64,000 bases of DNA from an uncultured Methanosarcinaceae archaeon. GTDB taxonomy: Archaea; Halobacteriota; Methanosarcinia; Methanosarcinales; Methanosarcinaceae. This document shows, one piece after another, positions 36,165 to 47,113 of this stretch (the stretch's first letter is position 1; each line of letters starts with the position of its first letter). The stretch covers positions 32,001-96,000 of the forward strand of contig CAVSHT010000004.1 of NCBI GenBank assembly GCA_963727895.1. Reading direction: 5' to 3'. Made by a program: the position numbers and the translations under genes. The notes under the pieces are model-generated. The model was not told the DNA's origin and ran no database searches. It was given only the letters and a program-made list of their open reading frames with translations.

Positions 36165-37040
36165 TTAGGCGTAGGGATTCCGCAGTGCCTTGTTGATGCC
36201 GAAGGTCTTGCGCTCCTCAACTGTCTTCTGATTCTTTTCGATCTTCTCTTTTGCGAGTTTCCTGAGGAGATCGAGACCAGGCTTGACATCCTCAATAGGC
36301 TTTGTCTCAAACAACCCTGCAGCTACAGCTTTGGACCAGATTTCGTTCCCCACCTTGGTGCGGATGAAAACCGTAGACCAGTCGTCTGGGCTACCTACTG
36401 AGCCAGTAGAGATATCTGCGAGGTTTGAGACATAGTCGAGGCAGATATGGCAGCCTGGCTGTTCGTACTTGTGTGTATCCTTGAGAGGCACAGTAGCGAC
36501 GTTTCCGCGTTCAGTGTAGACCCAGAACTTGCCTTTTGTGATCTCCATTTTCTTCACGGAGCCCAGGCTTTGAGCTGCGTGGTCCTCGACAAGGGTCTGT
36601 ATGGATGTATATGGAAAGTTCACCATGCAGAAAAGTCCTACTGTAAGGGCGACCTTGCCCGGGACATCCCGCATATTGATAGGATAGAGCTGAGCCTTTC
36701 TCACTGCCTGCATCTGGCAGCAGACGCCGGTAACCCCTACTTTATCGAGGCCATATGAACGGGTTGCTTCCTTGAGCCAGGAAATTTGAGGACTGATGCT
36801 GTATCTAGTTCCTCTTGCCTTGAGAATTTCCTCACGGTTCACAGCAACGATTGGCTTAGGCTGCCATGGTTTTTCTCCCTCACCTGCAACAATTGTCCCG
36901 TCAATCATCCCTTCTTCGAGGGCGTAGACCATGAGTGTAGTGGCGATTCCGCCATCCTGTGCCTTCTTGAGAATCTCCTTATCCGTGCTCCGTGCCGAAA
37001 CACAGGTAATGTATTTGCCGAGATACGGATCTTCAATCAT
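36165..37040 (-). CDS. frhB: coenzyme F420-reducing hydrogenase beta subunit
   Basis: AQDGGIAT, GVCCQ, GLFCM.NF, GCHICLDY and ADISTGSVGSP motifs. Confidence 0.9.
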   Translation of the reverse strand: MIEDPYLGKYITCVSARSTDKEILKKAQDGGIATTLMVYALEEGMIDGTIVAGEGEKPWQPKPIVAVNREEILKARGTRYSISPQISWLKEATRSYGLDKVGVTGVCCQMQAVRKAQLYPINMRDVPGKVALTVGLFCMVNFPYTSIQTLVEDHAAQSLGSVKKMEITKGKFWVYTERGNVATVPLKDTHKYEQPGCHICLDYVSNLADISTGSVGSPDDWSTVFIRTKVGNEIWSKAVAAGLFETKPIEDVKPGLDLLRKLAKEKIEKNQKTVEERKTFGINKALRNPYA

Positions 37041-37812
37041 CACTTTCACCTTCCTTAAGCGCTCCAGCGATTATTTCGCTGATGTTCTCAAATTCAGGAA
37101 TCACGTCTAAATTGAAGAACGACCTCGGACAGGCACCGTAGCAGGAGCCGCACTTAATGCAGAGGTCACGCTCACCCTGTGGCTTTCCAAACTCAAGGGT
37201 GATCGCCCGCACAGGGCAGGATGCAGCGCAAATTCCGCAAGCTATACAAAGACCCTGATTAATTACGTCGTACATCAGGTCGCCAAAGCTTCCGGTCATT
37301 CCACGCTTCGCAAGAGCCCTAAGGGGCTTTAAGTACTTGTCTGCAAGGACCTTTTGATCCTCATTCCCCTGCAAGAGCAGGTACGACATGATAGTAACGT
37401 TCCTTATGAGCTCCGGGCTCGGGGGGCATCCAGGGATGTAGACATCCACATCGATAATATCCCCAATTGGGAGAAAAGACTCATGCTGTGGCTGGTTGTG
37501 CTGCCCACCGCGGCAGAACCGAGTGATATTCCCGTAACATGCGCAAGAGCCGAGGGCTACCACGATTTTGGCTTTTTTCCGAGTCTCTTTGATATCCTCC
37601 ATCGATTCATGGTCCTGGATGCAGACCGATCCCTCGACGAGCGCCATGTCCATTTCTGGGATATGCCGGACGTCGGCGAGCGTTAGGCCATATACGAGGT
37701 CGGCGTAGTCGTCCAGTATCTTGATGAATCCCAAGTAGTTGTCGGACACGGACACGAGGCAGCCGGTACAGCCGCTAAAGTGTACATGCCCGATCTTGAT
37801 CTTATTTGCCAC
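37033..37812 (-). CDS. frhG: coenzyme F420-reducing hydrogenase gamma subunit (likely GTG start at 37812)
   Basis: SGCTGC, GSCACYG, PGCPP and two ferredoxin CxxCxxCxxxCP motifs. GAGGCG RBS. Confidence 0.88.
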   Translation of the reverse strand: MANKIKIGHVHFSGCTGCLVSVSDNYLGFIKILDDYADLVYGLTLADVRHIPEMDMALVEGSVCIQDHESMEDIKETRKKAKIVVALGSCACYGNITRFCRGGQHNQPQHESFLPIGDIIDVDVYIPGCPPSPELIRNVTIMSYLLLQGNEDQKVLADKYLKPLRALAKRGMTGSFGDLMYDVINQGLCIACGICAASCPVRAITLEFGKPQGERDLCIKCGSCYGACPRSFFNLDVIPEFENISEIIAGALKEGESDD

Positions 37813-37849
37813 TGGTTTCGCCTCATTTGTAGCTCCCAACTTCATAAAC

Positions 37850-37968
37850 AGTTCCATAATTAATCCCAATCTTTTCAGTATCTTGGATACAGCTTCAGGA
37901 ATGGTTCTCTTTACTTTGTCTGTAAGCCCAATGACCATCTCAGGGTAGAAACGTACTTTTTCTGACAT
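37850..37968 (-). pseudogene. remnant of hydrogenase maturation protease C-terminus (frhD/freE-like)
   Basis: IGLTDKVKRTIPEAVSKIL resembles protease C-termini. No space for a full frhD between A and G. Confidence 0.55.
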
Positions 37969-38035
37969 GCAAGGGACTTGGGTCCAGATATCATTTTTGC
38001 TATGCTGAACTCGGATTACGGTGTTTCCATTCCAG

Positions 38036-39403
38036 TCACTGGATGAGCTTCTGAGTGACTATCTTGTTCTCCTCGTCCACCACGATCATGTGGGTTGCGC
38101 ACGATACGCATGGATCATAAGCCCGAACGACCATCTCGGCAATCTGCCAAGGCGCTCCCCTCAGACCTCGACTGCAGGTCGGGAGGTTCCAGGTGGTGGG
38201 CACAAGCAATTCATAACATAGTACTCTTCCGTCCTTAACCCGTGCGAGGTGGACATCGGTCCCGCGCGGAGCCTCGTTCGCAGCCCAGCCCATTGACCCG
38301 TCTCCCTGGGGAATATGATCCGCGAGGACCTTACCCAAGGTCTCCAGTTTGTCAAGGCACTTGAGGATGGTGTAGCAGCAGTCTGGGTACTCCATCTGCC
38401 TGGCGATGTGCTGTGCGAAGGTGCCCTTCTCATTGAAGTTCTTGAAGGTAGCAAGCCTTGCCCTTGGGCCGACCTCAACCGGCTGGCCATCGTAGGTCGG
38501 AACAGTGTTGCAGGCCTCCATCTGGGGATTGGCCTTTGTGCCAGCCTTAGTAGTGCCACCGATTGGGTAGCTTGGGTCCTCAAGATCAATGGTTACCTCA
38601 CCCATGTACCAGTCCCATGGCCGTGTCTCCTTCCATCGGGTGATGTCCCACATGGGCTTCTCATCCAGACTAGATGAGCCATACATCGAGGATGTGGCCA
38701 TGACCCCCTGGTTGTGGTACCCGAGCGTCTTTGGAATCGGGATCTGCTTGCCCGCAACATCGGTGAACTCCCGGTTCTGCATGTTCCTGATGACCTCGAG
38801 CATGAACTCCATCTGCTCGTGTGCAAGGACGAGACCTTCCTTCGCCAGGTCGGCCATCTTCTGCTTTGCCCGTGAGCTTACGTTATGGTACATCCCGCCG
38901 ACCCTTGGGTTGGAGGGGTGAATCGCCTCACCACCTGCGATGGCTCCGATAGTCTGTCCGATTTTGCGGATGCGGATTATCCTCGCAGCAACGCTCCTGA
39001 CAGGCTGCTCCTTGGAGAACGGATTGAACTTCGTCTCTGTCCCAGGGATGTAAAAATCAGGAAGTATCAGGATGTTGTGCAGGGCGTGGCTGTGGAGACG
39101 GTTTGCGGCATGGAGAATGACCCGCAGAAGCTTTGCGTCCGTGGGAATCTCGCAGCCTATCGAGGCCTCCATGGCCTCAATGCCCGCCAAGGTGTGAGCA
39201 ATGGGACAGACACCGCAGACCCGAGAGGCAATTTTTGGGACCTGTTCCATCGTCTTACCTATGGCGAGCTTCTCAATACCCCTGACTGAGGTGATGGAGA
39301 GCCAGTCTCCTCGCTCAACAAAACCCTGATCATTTACCTTCAGTGTGAGCTTGGAGTGGCCTTCATGTCTCGTGGTTGGAGAGATCTCTACAACTTTCGA
39401 CAA
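38036..39403 (-). CDS. frhA: coenzyme F420-reducing [NiFe]-hydrogenase alpha subunit
   Basis: TRHEGH, RGIE, RVCGVCP..H, EAPRG and DPCVSCATH plus cleavable tail. Confidence 0.92.
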   Translation of the reverse strand: MSKVVEISPTTRHEGHSKLTLKVNDQGFVERGDWLSITSVRGIEKLAIGKTMEQVPKIASRVCGVCPIAHTLAGIEAMEASIGCEIPTDAKLLRVILHAANRLHSHALHNILILPDFYIPGTETKFNPFSKEQPVRSVAARIIRIRKIGQTIGAIAGGEAIHPSNPRVGGMYHNVSSRAKQKMADLAKEGLVLAHEQMEFMLEVIRNMQNREFTDVAGKQIPIPKTLGYHNQGVMATSSMYGSSSLDEKPMWDITRWKETRPWDWYMGEVTIDLEDPSYPIGGTTKAGTKANPQMEACNTVPTYDGQPVEVGPRARLATFKNFNEKGTFAQHIARQMEYPDCCYTILKCLDKLETLGKVLADHIPQGDGSMGWAANEAPRGTDVHLARVKDGRVLCYELLVPTTWNLPTCSRGLRGAPWQIAEMVVRAYDPCVSCATHMIVVDEENKIVTQKLIQ

Positions 39404-40327
39404 TGGTATCGCCTCGTTTCAATTTGGTGTTCTTAAGACTGTACCGTGATCAAGGCACTCAGTGTAAGATTATTTTAAGTTAGTTACCTGTACATAAAGT
39501 ACGTTGACCCCTGTTCTGTCAAGTTGTCGTCGCCTATTCATTTTTGAGTTTGGTTGATCACAGTAACCCCCTAAAATGGCGAAGACTTGATAGAAGGTGA
39601 CCCATTTATATTAATAGGCAATATTCAGAACGAAACAGCTGCACAATATTTGTACCTAATGTGACATTAACAAATTTCAATTGATTTTCGGATAGGCTAT
39701 GAAGTGTAAGTTCAGGTACTATGTAGTCTACGGGGTCTGGGATAAATATTCGGTATGCTTCGACTTCATTCAGTACTCAAACCACGTCAACGCCACAAAA
39801 CTGCTATTTCAATCATTTTTATATCCCCAATTATTTTTATATCCCCCATTTTATCTTTATATGTGAGATAAATATATAGGATTATTGGTAGGGTTCTGTC
39901 AAGGCATTGCCACCTAATGTTTTATAAATCGTTATATCATTAGTGGTAGCCTTTTCGAAAAGAGCATTATCTATCTAGGTGACAACAACTTGACAAACGT
40001 AAAAAATTTAGAGTTCTTTGGTTAAGTTATGAGAACGTGTGTTTTTTACTGCAAGAAAAAAGAAGCAGAAGCCACAAAAAAGTTGAACCCTATTGACATA
40101 CAAACGTTTATTGATAAAACGTAGCTGTCATTTATTGCAGATGTATCCGAAGGTCAAAGGCATAGACCTTCCGGAAGAGCTTCTATCAGAAGGTCTCATA
40201 TGAAGGGTAATCTTGCCATATTCTGCAGACCGTTTGAATATTTTTACTTTTGCTCATTGTCTATAGATTTACATGCTTATTCTGAGATTTATTTGCAACG
40301 GAACCAGATTATTAGATGAATCTCTGG

Positions 40328-42728
40328 AGAAGTAAAACGGTAACTGACATCCTTTATTCGTAATGATTATTCTATATTCCTAAAATAATATATTGTCAAC
40401 TAATGACTTTACAGGATCGTTTATCAAAATTTTAATATTGTTAAAAATCAGGGGGCATTGGAATATGCAGACTGGAGAGAAGTCCCGTCATGAAAAGCAC
40501 GGAAAAGGAGAACAGCAGGATCGTAGGCATCACGAAGAAATGAATCATCAAAATCACGAGCAGCATGAGGAAATGAAACATAAGGGTCATGAAAAGCATG
40601 ACGGAATGAAGCATCAGGGCCATGAACCCTCAGACAAGAAAGAGCACGGCAATCATCATACCCATATGCTCTCAGATTTTAGAAAAAGGTTTATTGTTTC
40701 TCTCGTGCTAACTGTTCCGGTTTTACTACTCTCTCATATAATCCAGAGTTTTTTTCATTTTGAACTTCGTGTCCTTGGTGCAGATTTTCTTACTTTTCTC
40801 CTCTCTTCGATTGTTTATTTCTACGGAGGCTACCCGTTTCTTAAGGGGATAAAAGATGAGCTTGCTGAAAAGTTGCCTGGAATGATGACCCTTATAGCCA
40901 TTGCGATCAGTGTAGCTTATTTTTATAGCTCTGCTGTGGTTTTCGGGCTTCCTGGAGAGGTGTTCTTCTGGGAACTTGTGACCCTTATCGACGTAATGTT
41001 GCTCGGGCACTGGGTAGAAATGCGTTCGGTAATGGGAGCTTCGAGAGCCCTTGAAGAACTGATAACAATCATGCCGTCTGTTGCTCACCTGAAAAAAGAT
41101 AGAGAAACTGTTGACGTGAATGTTGACCAGTTAAAAATAGGGGATAAGGTTCTGATCAAGCCCGGAGAAAAAATACCTGTAGATGGCATTGTTGTCGACG
41201 GGACGAGCGGCGTCAACGAATCGATGCTCACAGGTGAGTCAAAGCCTGTTACAAAAAAGCTTGGGGATGAGGTAATCGGCGGTTCAATCAACGGAGAAGC
41301 GGCATTTGTTGTTAAGGTAGAAAAAACTGGAAAAGATACTTACCTGAGCCAAGTAGTCGAACTTGTCAGAACTGCCCAGGGAAGCAAATCAAAAACCCAG
41401 GATCTGGCAAACAGGGCTGCAATGTACCTTACGATCATAGCAATTACTGTGGGTATTCTTACTTTCATCTTTTGGATCTTCTTCGGCAAACAACTTGCCT
41501 TTGCCCTGGAGAGGGCAGTTACTGTAATGGTTATTACCTGTCCGCATGCCCTCGGGCTTGCAATTCCACTGGTGGTTGCAGTTTCAACATCTATTGCCGC
41601 AAAATCTGGACTTCTTATCAGAGATAGGCAGGCATTTGAGAGAGCACGCAATCTTCAGGCTCTCATTTTTGACAAAACAGGCACACTCACGGAAGGACGG
41701 TTCGGGGTCATGGATATAATTTCTCTTTTTGAAGAGGAAAATGAAAGCGGAGAGGAAAACAAAATAATCCTTGGCCTCGCAGCTTCCCTGGAAGCAAATT
41801 CGGAACACCCTATTGCGACAGGCATTCTTGAAAGTGCGCGGGAAAAAGGACTGGAAACCCGACCAGTGGAAGAATTCAGTTCAATCCCGGGAAAAGGTGT
41901 AGAGGGATTGGTGGAGGGAAAGAAGTTCCTTGTTGTGAGTCCTGGTTATCTTGAAGAAAAGGGGATTGCCCCTAAAATCGAAAAAATTGAAGAAATAAAA
42001 GAACAAGGAAAAACTGTTGTGTTCCTGCTTGATGGAGAGAAGATGCTTGGAGCTCTTGCACTTGCTGATATTGTTAGAAAGGAATCTAAGGAGGCTATCT
42101 CGAAGCTCAAAGGTATGGGAATTAAGTGTCTTATGCTTACAGGAGACAACCGATTTGTGGCAGCCTGGGTAGCCCGAGAATTGGAGCTTGATGATTATTT
42201 TGCAGAAGTTCTTCCTCATCAAAAGGCAGAAAAGGTCAAAGAAGTCCAGACTCAATATATTACAGGCATGGTTGGAGATGGGGTTAATGACGCGCCTGCA
42301 CTTGCCCAGGCTGATGTAGGGATAGCCATCGGAGCAGGTACGGATGTTGCAATCGAAACCGCTGATATAGTCCTGGTAAAAAACGATCCCAGAGATGTTT
42401 TGAACGTAATAAGGCTTTCAAGAAGTACATACTCCAAGATGTATCAGAATCTTCTATGGGCGACAGGATATAATATTCTTGCAATTCCTCTTGCTGCAGG
42501 GCTACTCTATGGATACGGAATCTTACTGAGTCCTGCTATAGGTGCAGTTTTTATGAGCCTGAGTACCGTAATTGTGGCTATAAATGCGAGGAATTTAAAC
42601 ATGGAATGACTGATTCAGAGGAGGATTCTGTGAGATCATCGGTTGATATAACAAGATTAGATGTATCAGATGTATCTCTTCAGAAGTAAAACGGTAACTG
42701 ATATCCTTTATTCGTAATGATCATTCTA
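40328..42728. repeat. 47-bp direct repeat flanking copB (40328..40374 and 42682..42728)
   Basis: AGAAGTAAAACGGTAACTGA(C/T)ATCCTTTATTCGTAATGAT(T/C)ATTCTA, 2 mismatches. Confidence 0.85.
40465..42609 (+). CDS. copB: P1B-3 copper-translocating P-type ATPase
   Basis: His-rich N-terminus. TGES, CPHAL, DKTGT, SEHP, GDGVND, YN and MSLST motifs. Confidence 0.92.
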   Translation: MQTGEKSRHEKHGKGEQQDRRHHEEMNHQNHEQHEEMKHKGHEKHDGMKHQGHEPSDKKEHGNHHTHMLSDFRKRFIVSLVLTVPVLLLSHIIQSFFHFELRVLGADFLTFLLSSIVYFYGGYPFLKGIKDELAEKLPGMMTLIAIAISVAYFYSSAVVFGLPGEVFFWELVTLIDVMLLGHWVEMRSVMGASRALEELITIMPSVAHLKKDRETVDVNVDQLKIGDKVLIKPGEKIPVDGIVVDGTSGVNESMLTGESKPVTKKLGDEVIGGSINGEAAFVVKVEKTGKDTYLSQVVELVRTAQGSKSKTQDLANRAAMYLTIIAITVGILTFIFWIFFGKQLAFALERAVTVMVITCPHALGLAIPLVVAVSTSIAAKSGLLIRDRQAFERARNLQALIFDKTGTLTEGRFGVMDIISLFEEENESGEENKIILGLAASLEANSEHPIATGILESAREKGLETRPVEEFSSIPGKGVEGLVEGKKFLVVSPGYLEEKGIAPKIEKIEEIKEQGKTVVFLLDGEKMLGALALADIVRKESKEAISKLKGMGIKCLMLTGDNRFVAAWVARELELDDYFAEVLPHQKAEKVKEVQTQYITGMVGDGVNDAPALAQADVGIAIGAGTDVAIETADIVLVKNDPRDVLNVIRLSRSTYSKMYQNLLWATGYNILAIPLAAGLLYGYGILLSPAIGAVFMSLSTVIVAINARNLNME

Positions 42729-42841
42729 CTATCCCTATGTAGTATAATTATTGACCGATAACTTCATAGAATTACCTTTGAGTATAGTAACCTGAGTTCC
42801 GTGTTTTTAGGCACATAAACTTCTATTGATATCAAATTATG

Positions 42842-43505
42842 GGTTCCATTGCAAAAAAGTCTCAAAATAAGCATGTAAATCTATGGATAATGAAAAAATC
42901 AAAATATTCGAGAAAATGTATCAATATTATAGAACTATTCCAAATAATGTATTGACTATTGGAATTATAGTAACAGTTCTGTAAATCACAAGTGCCTATG
43001 TGTTTCTTAAAGGATTTTTGCATTTTATGATACACTAATCGAAGGGAAAATTTTAGAGGTACAAAAGGATAATGTCTCCTGATAATGTTTATAGTGATTT
43101 TTAGGATATTTCATTCCAGAGTCTTTGGAACACAATTAAACTCAAACACATAGTAGGTCTTAGCCAATAATGATTTTAAAAGACGAATAAACACGATACT
43201 ACTTGATATAAGGGAAAATATTCGGTTTTTGAAATAATTTTATAAAATGAATTATTGAGAGTTATAAGCTCAAAACAATTTTTGCAAATAATGTGAAACG
43301 TGTTATGATTTACTACATTTTGTCGTCACATGTAAAACTTGTATTCCATACAATAATTGATTGACTTTCATAGAAATGAAGCTGAATATATTAATCAATT
43401 ATTTAAAATAGTTCTATAATATTGACATATCCTCTTGAATATTTTTGCTTTTGGTTATTGTTTATGGATTTACATGCTTATTCTGAGATTTTTTGCAACG
43501 GAACT
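42842..43505. mobile_element. non-autonomous cassette bounded by inverted IS6 right ends, carrying module X
   Basis: Same architecture as 26141..27083. Confidence 0.65.
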
Positions 43506-43648
43506 AGGGAATCTACAAAAAAGACCAGAATCGGGGGGCTGATAAGGCATCCGGAGCTAAAAAGCCTTGGTGGGGATTTTGGTAATTCTTAAAAAATAAA
43601 ATGAATTTAGGAATATTTATGAAATGAGTTTAAAATAGGAAAAATATA

Positions 43649-43981
43649 TTATGTTTTGCTACGAATTCCAATTATAATACGGTTATTCCGGACTTCATCA
43701 TTTCCAGATACAACCATAACATCAAGGCCAGCAAATATAGCCTCATATTTATCTTCTTGATGAGCTGGACCAACATCTATACGATCAATTGAGATTTTAT
43801 CATCGCTAATTTTCTGCCAGTGTCCAGTCCAAATTTCAGGTTCGTCATGAACATCGCTTGGAGATGTAAAGTGCCAGATACAGTTATTCCCACAACGAGT
43901 AATTTTTCCATCCACTACTACATCATACATTTTCCATTTAGAGTTAGTTAAAGAGGGAATCGTATTCAGTTTTTCTTTCAT
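43649..43981 (-). CDS. hypothetical protein
   Basis: 110-aa ORF with AGGAG upstream. Confidence 0.5.
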   Translation of the reverse strand: MKEKLNTIPSLTNSKWKMYDVVVDGKITRCGNNCIWHFTSPSDVHDEPEIWTGHWQKISDDKISIDRIDVGPAHQEDKYEAIFAGLDVMVVSGNDEVRNNRIIIGIRSKT

Positions 43982-44048
43982 AATTGTGCATTCATTTTAT
44001 TAACTCCTATTCAGTTATACGACTAGTTCAAAACATTTTAAAAAAAAT

Positions 44049-44788
44049 GGTATTTTTAACTAAATATATCTAGTTCTTTATTTCTGTATTTCATCAATAG
44101 AATAACCGAGTACTTTAGCATTTCAAGACTCTTCGTATAACACTTTGTCTTTCTTCTCAACCTTGCCAGAAAGTGCCTCAATATGCTGTTATATCCTTCA
44201 ACAGTATACGTTTCTGCTTTGGATTGAGTATGGATCTTTTCTGAAAGAAACTCTGCATATGCCCTCCAGTGATCGGTCATCACTTCTCCAATCTCTTTTT
44301 CTTCAATTTTTCCCAGAGTAGTTTTTCAGTTTCCGTTCCTCTGCTACCAAAAGAGCAGTTGATGAACTTTTTCCCAACTCTATCAACAGCAATCCAGATC
44401 CAGCAATATTTTTTTTGTTACCGATGTAAGTGTGCATTTCATCCATTTCAACAATAGATATCTCATTTTCACTTTTTAGGTCCTCTAACTCCTGACCAAA
44501 TTTCTTGATCCATCTTTGGACAGAAACATGACTCACCCCTAAAAATTTTCCTATTGAACGAAAGCCCAATCCTTCAAGATAGAGTTGTAAAGCCTGTTTT
44601 TTGACAGAGGCGGAAAAAGCAGTTGATTTTAGCTCTACTGTATAGTTATAGCCACAATCAGAGCATTTGTACCGTTGACACCCGCCAACTATACCATTCT
44701 TATTGTGATTAGAAACTATTGCATCTGGGGCAGTTCATGAAGAAATATATGTTATAAGCATATATGTCTATTTTTTATTACCAATGCC
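44049..44788 (-). mobile_element. IS1-family element with 8-bp target duplication; transposase frameshifted near its start
   Basis: IRs flanked by AAAAAAAT at 44041..44048 and 44789..44796. Confidence 0.9.
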
Positions 44789-45203
44789 AAAAAAATATAT
44801 GCAAAAAGTAAATATGATATGAAATATTTATACTTCTTTCATTTCCTTATACTTTACAGTATCCCAAAATAATTTCGCATTTTAAAGTCATCAAGCAATA
44901 ATTTATTGACTCAGGGTTTTTGTTTTAAAGCCTATGTAGAGCTGGTTTCAAAATCCCGACTATTCATGTTTTTGACCACAAACAGGTATTTCATTTAGCC
45001 CTATTGCTTGTAGTTCTTCACTCCAAAATATTGATTCAGAAGGATGGGAGGTAGTTTTGAAACAAGCTTGATATTAAAAATCAAGTATTCTCATTTGCTT
45101 TTATGCTTCTTTTTCTTTTCTTTCCTGATTTTCAACACAGTCTTCGTTTGTATTCAGTTAAGATACTGTTGCACCTATAGAACTTTGGGCACACTGTCAA
45201 ATT

Positions 45204-46103
45204 TTAGTTTCCATGTTTGGAGATATATTGCTCAATTGAGTTTTTTGAGCTATACCATGTTTTTCCTATTTTTACTGCATCTAGAATTCCCTGCCTAGCT
45301 CGTAAGCTGAGATATTCCTGAGAATATAGAGTCATTGGAACAAGTTCTTTGAGGGGGAGTAGTTCATCTTCACCTCCAGAAACAGAAAGATACAAGCTTA
45401 GGCTTTCATCCACGGATTTTGTGATAAAATCAGTAAAGAGATTAAGGTTTCCTGCATCTGCAGCTCTAAGACATTTGTAATATTTCCCTCGGTCCTCTTT
45501 TTTAAGCACTATAGGAGGAAAATTTCTTGAAATTAAATACAGATTTGTTAAGAGTCTAGCAACTCTACCGTTCCCGTCACTGAATGGATGAATTGCAACA
45601 AATATATGGTGTAAGAAAGAAGCAGTTTCAATAGGATGTACCTTACTTTTGGATACATCATCAATCAATTCGTCCATTAGTTTTATTATTTTTGACCAAT
45701 CTGGAGGGGCCCTTACAGCACCGGTTATTCTGACATTTTTTGTGCGATATTTCCCTGCATCTTCAAGTATACTTTTAGTTACTATTTCATGGATTTCTTG
45801 AATTGTAACATGGTTTATTGAACATTTTTTCTTTGCAAGCTCTTCTATTCGATCAAAAGCTTTTGCGTTATTGCTAGCTTCAAGATGCTCTCTAAGAGAT
45901 TTACCACCAATGGTTAGTCCTTCTTCCAGAACTAGTTTAGTCTCTTGAAGTGTTAGTGTGTTTCCTTCTATTGCATTTGAATGATAAGTATGTACTAATC
46001 TCATCTCTTCATGCAACCTTTTTAGTGTATCTGTAGGAATAGGTCGCATAGAACTAAGTCGCTTCATTTTACTATTTATTCTTTCTAAAATATCGGCATC
46101 CAT
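45204..46103 (-). CDS. Fic family protein with N-terminal inhibitory helix and C-terminal HTH-like tail
   Basis: HPFSDGNGRVAR catalytic motif. SNAIEGN inhibitory motif. Confidence 0.92.
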   Translation of the reverse strand: MDADILERINSKMKRLSSMRPIPTDTLKRLHEEMRLVHTYHSNAIEGNTLTLQETKLVLEEGLTIGGKSLREHLEASNNAKAFDRIEELAKKKCSINHVTIQEIHEIVTKSILEDAGKYRTKNVRITGAVRAPPDWSKIIKLMDELIDDVSKSKVHPIETASFLHHIFVAIHPFSDGNGRVARLLTNLYLISRNFPPIVLKKEDRGKYYKCLRAADAGNLNLFTDFITKSVDESLSLYLSVSGGEDELLPLKELVPMTLYSQEYLSLRARQGILDAVKIGKTWYSSKNSIEQYISKHGN

Positions 46104-46569
46104 CCTAAACTAGTATAGCCGATATATTATATATCGGTATCGGAAAATTATAAGTAAATCCGATATTAAATTTATGAAATAGACAAAAGCAAGTTCCGTT
46201 GCAAAAAATCTCAGAATAAGCATGTAAACTTGTGAATAAAAAAACAAAAATTAAAATATTTAAGAATAGATATTAATGTTATAAAACTATTTCCAATAAG
46301 TAATTAACATATTTAGCTTCATCAAGACTAGAGTTATTTAAATTATTAACTTGTCCTTTATATCTGGAAAATTCCGGCAATTTTTAATATATTGATTTAG
46401 CTTTGGTAATCGATTTTACTTAGATCTCCTAAAGCCTAGTCAACATTTTAGACAATTTGTTGCGTTTTTCTTAAAATTTTCAGTAAAATCTCGGTTTTAA
46501 GGGCAATTATTACTTTAAAAAGCAATATTTTTATGTTATTGTTGCTTTATTATGAAATGAATTATTATC

Positions 46570-46665
46570 ATGGGATATAGCAAAAAATGGCTAACAGAAA
46601 ACGAAATTAAAAGATTGTTGGAATTACCTGACTTTAATGAGAAAACAAATCAAACTGTACTGTGA
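46570..46665 (+). pseudogene. N-terminal fragment resembling a tyrosine recombinase catalytic domain
   Basis: MGYSKKWLTENEIKRLLELPD matches the K.LT.EEI..LL start of integrase catalytic domains. Short, so tentative. Confidence 0.45.
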
Positions 46666-46867
46666 CAGATCAGATCTAAAGCCTTTAGGACTATATTATG
46701 TTTTCAAAAAAGGGTAAACAAGTTGATAGATTTTAGGTCTCTTTATAAGTATAAAAACAGTGATATAAATGTAAATAATTTATGCGAAGACTATAATAAC
46801 TTTTTATCCCCTTATTTTCAACATAACTTTTGAGACACTGTTAAATATGTTTGATCATTTCCAAGAT

Positions 46868-47113
46868 TTATAAGAACTTTTTAATTCGTTCTGCATTATG
46901 AATTCCAAATAACACTGCACCAACGCCATGTTCTGACAAACGGATAAATCCAGGTAATAAAACACTTTTTTCCACAAGTTTAGCACTGTACAGTCTCTCA
47001 ACTACGTTTTCATCTAAATTTGATTGCCTTTCCCAGCCTCCATAGAGATTAAGTACTCCCAATTCATACAAATAAGCAAGTATTTTAATTTCCATAGCTT
47101 CTAACGTACACAT
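46868..47113 (-). CDS. hypothetical wHTH-like protein
   Basis: 81 aa with GGGGAG RBS. VERLYSAKLVEK...IRLSEHG. Confidence 0.5.
   Translation of the reverse strand: MCTLEAMEIKILAYLYELGVLNLYGGWERQSNLDENVVERLYSAKLVEKSVLLPGFIRLSEHGVGAVLFGIHNAERIKKFL

Noticed and set aside
40140..40230. Riboswitch-like hairpin CCGAAGGTC...GACCTTCCGG
   Set aside because: Single copy, no recognisable aptamer consensus, and cut off from any gene by an IS6 end.
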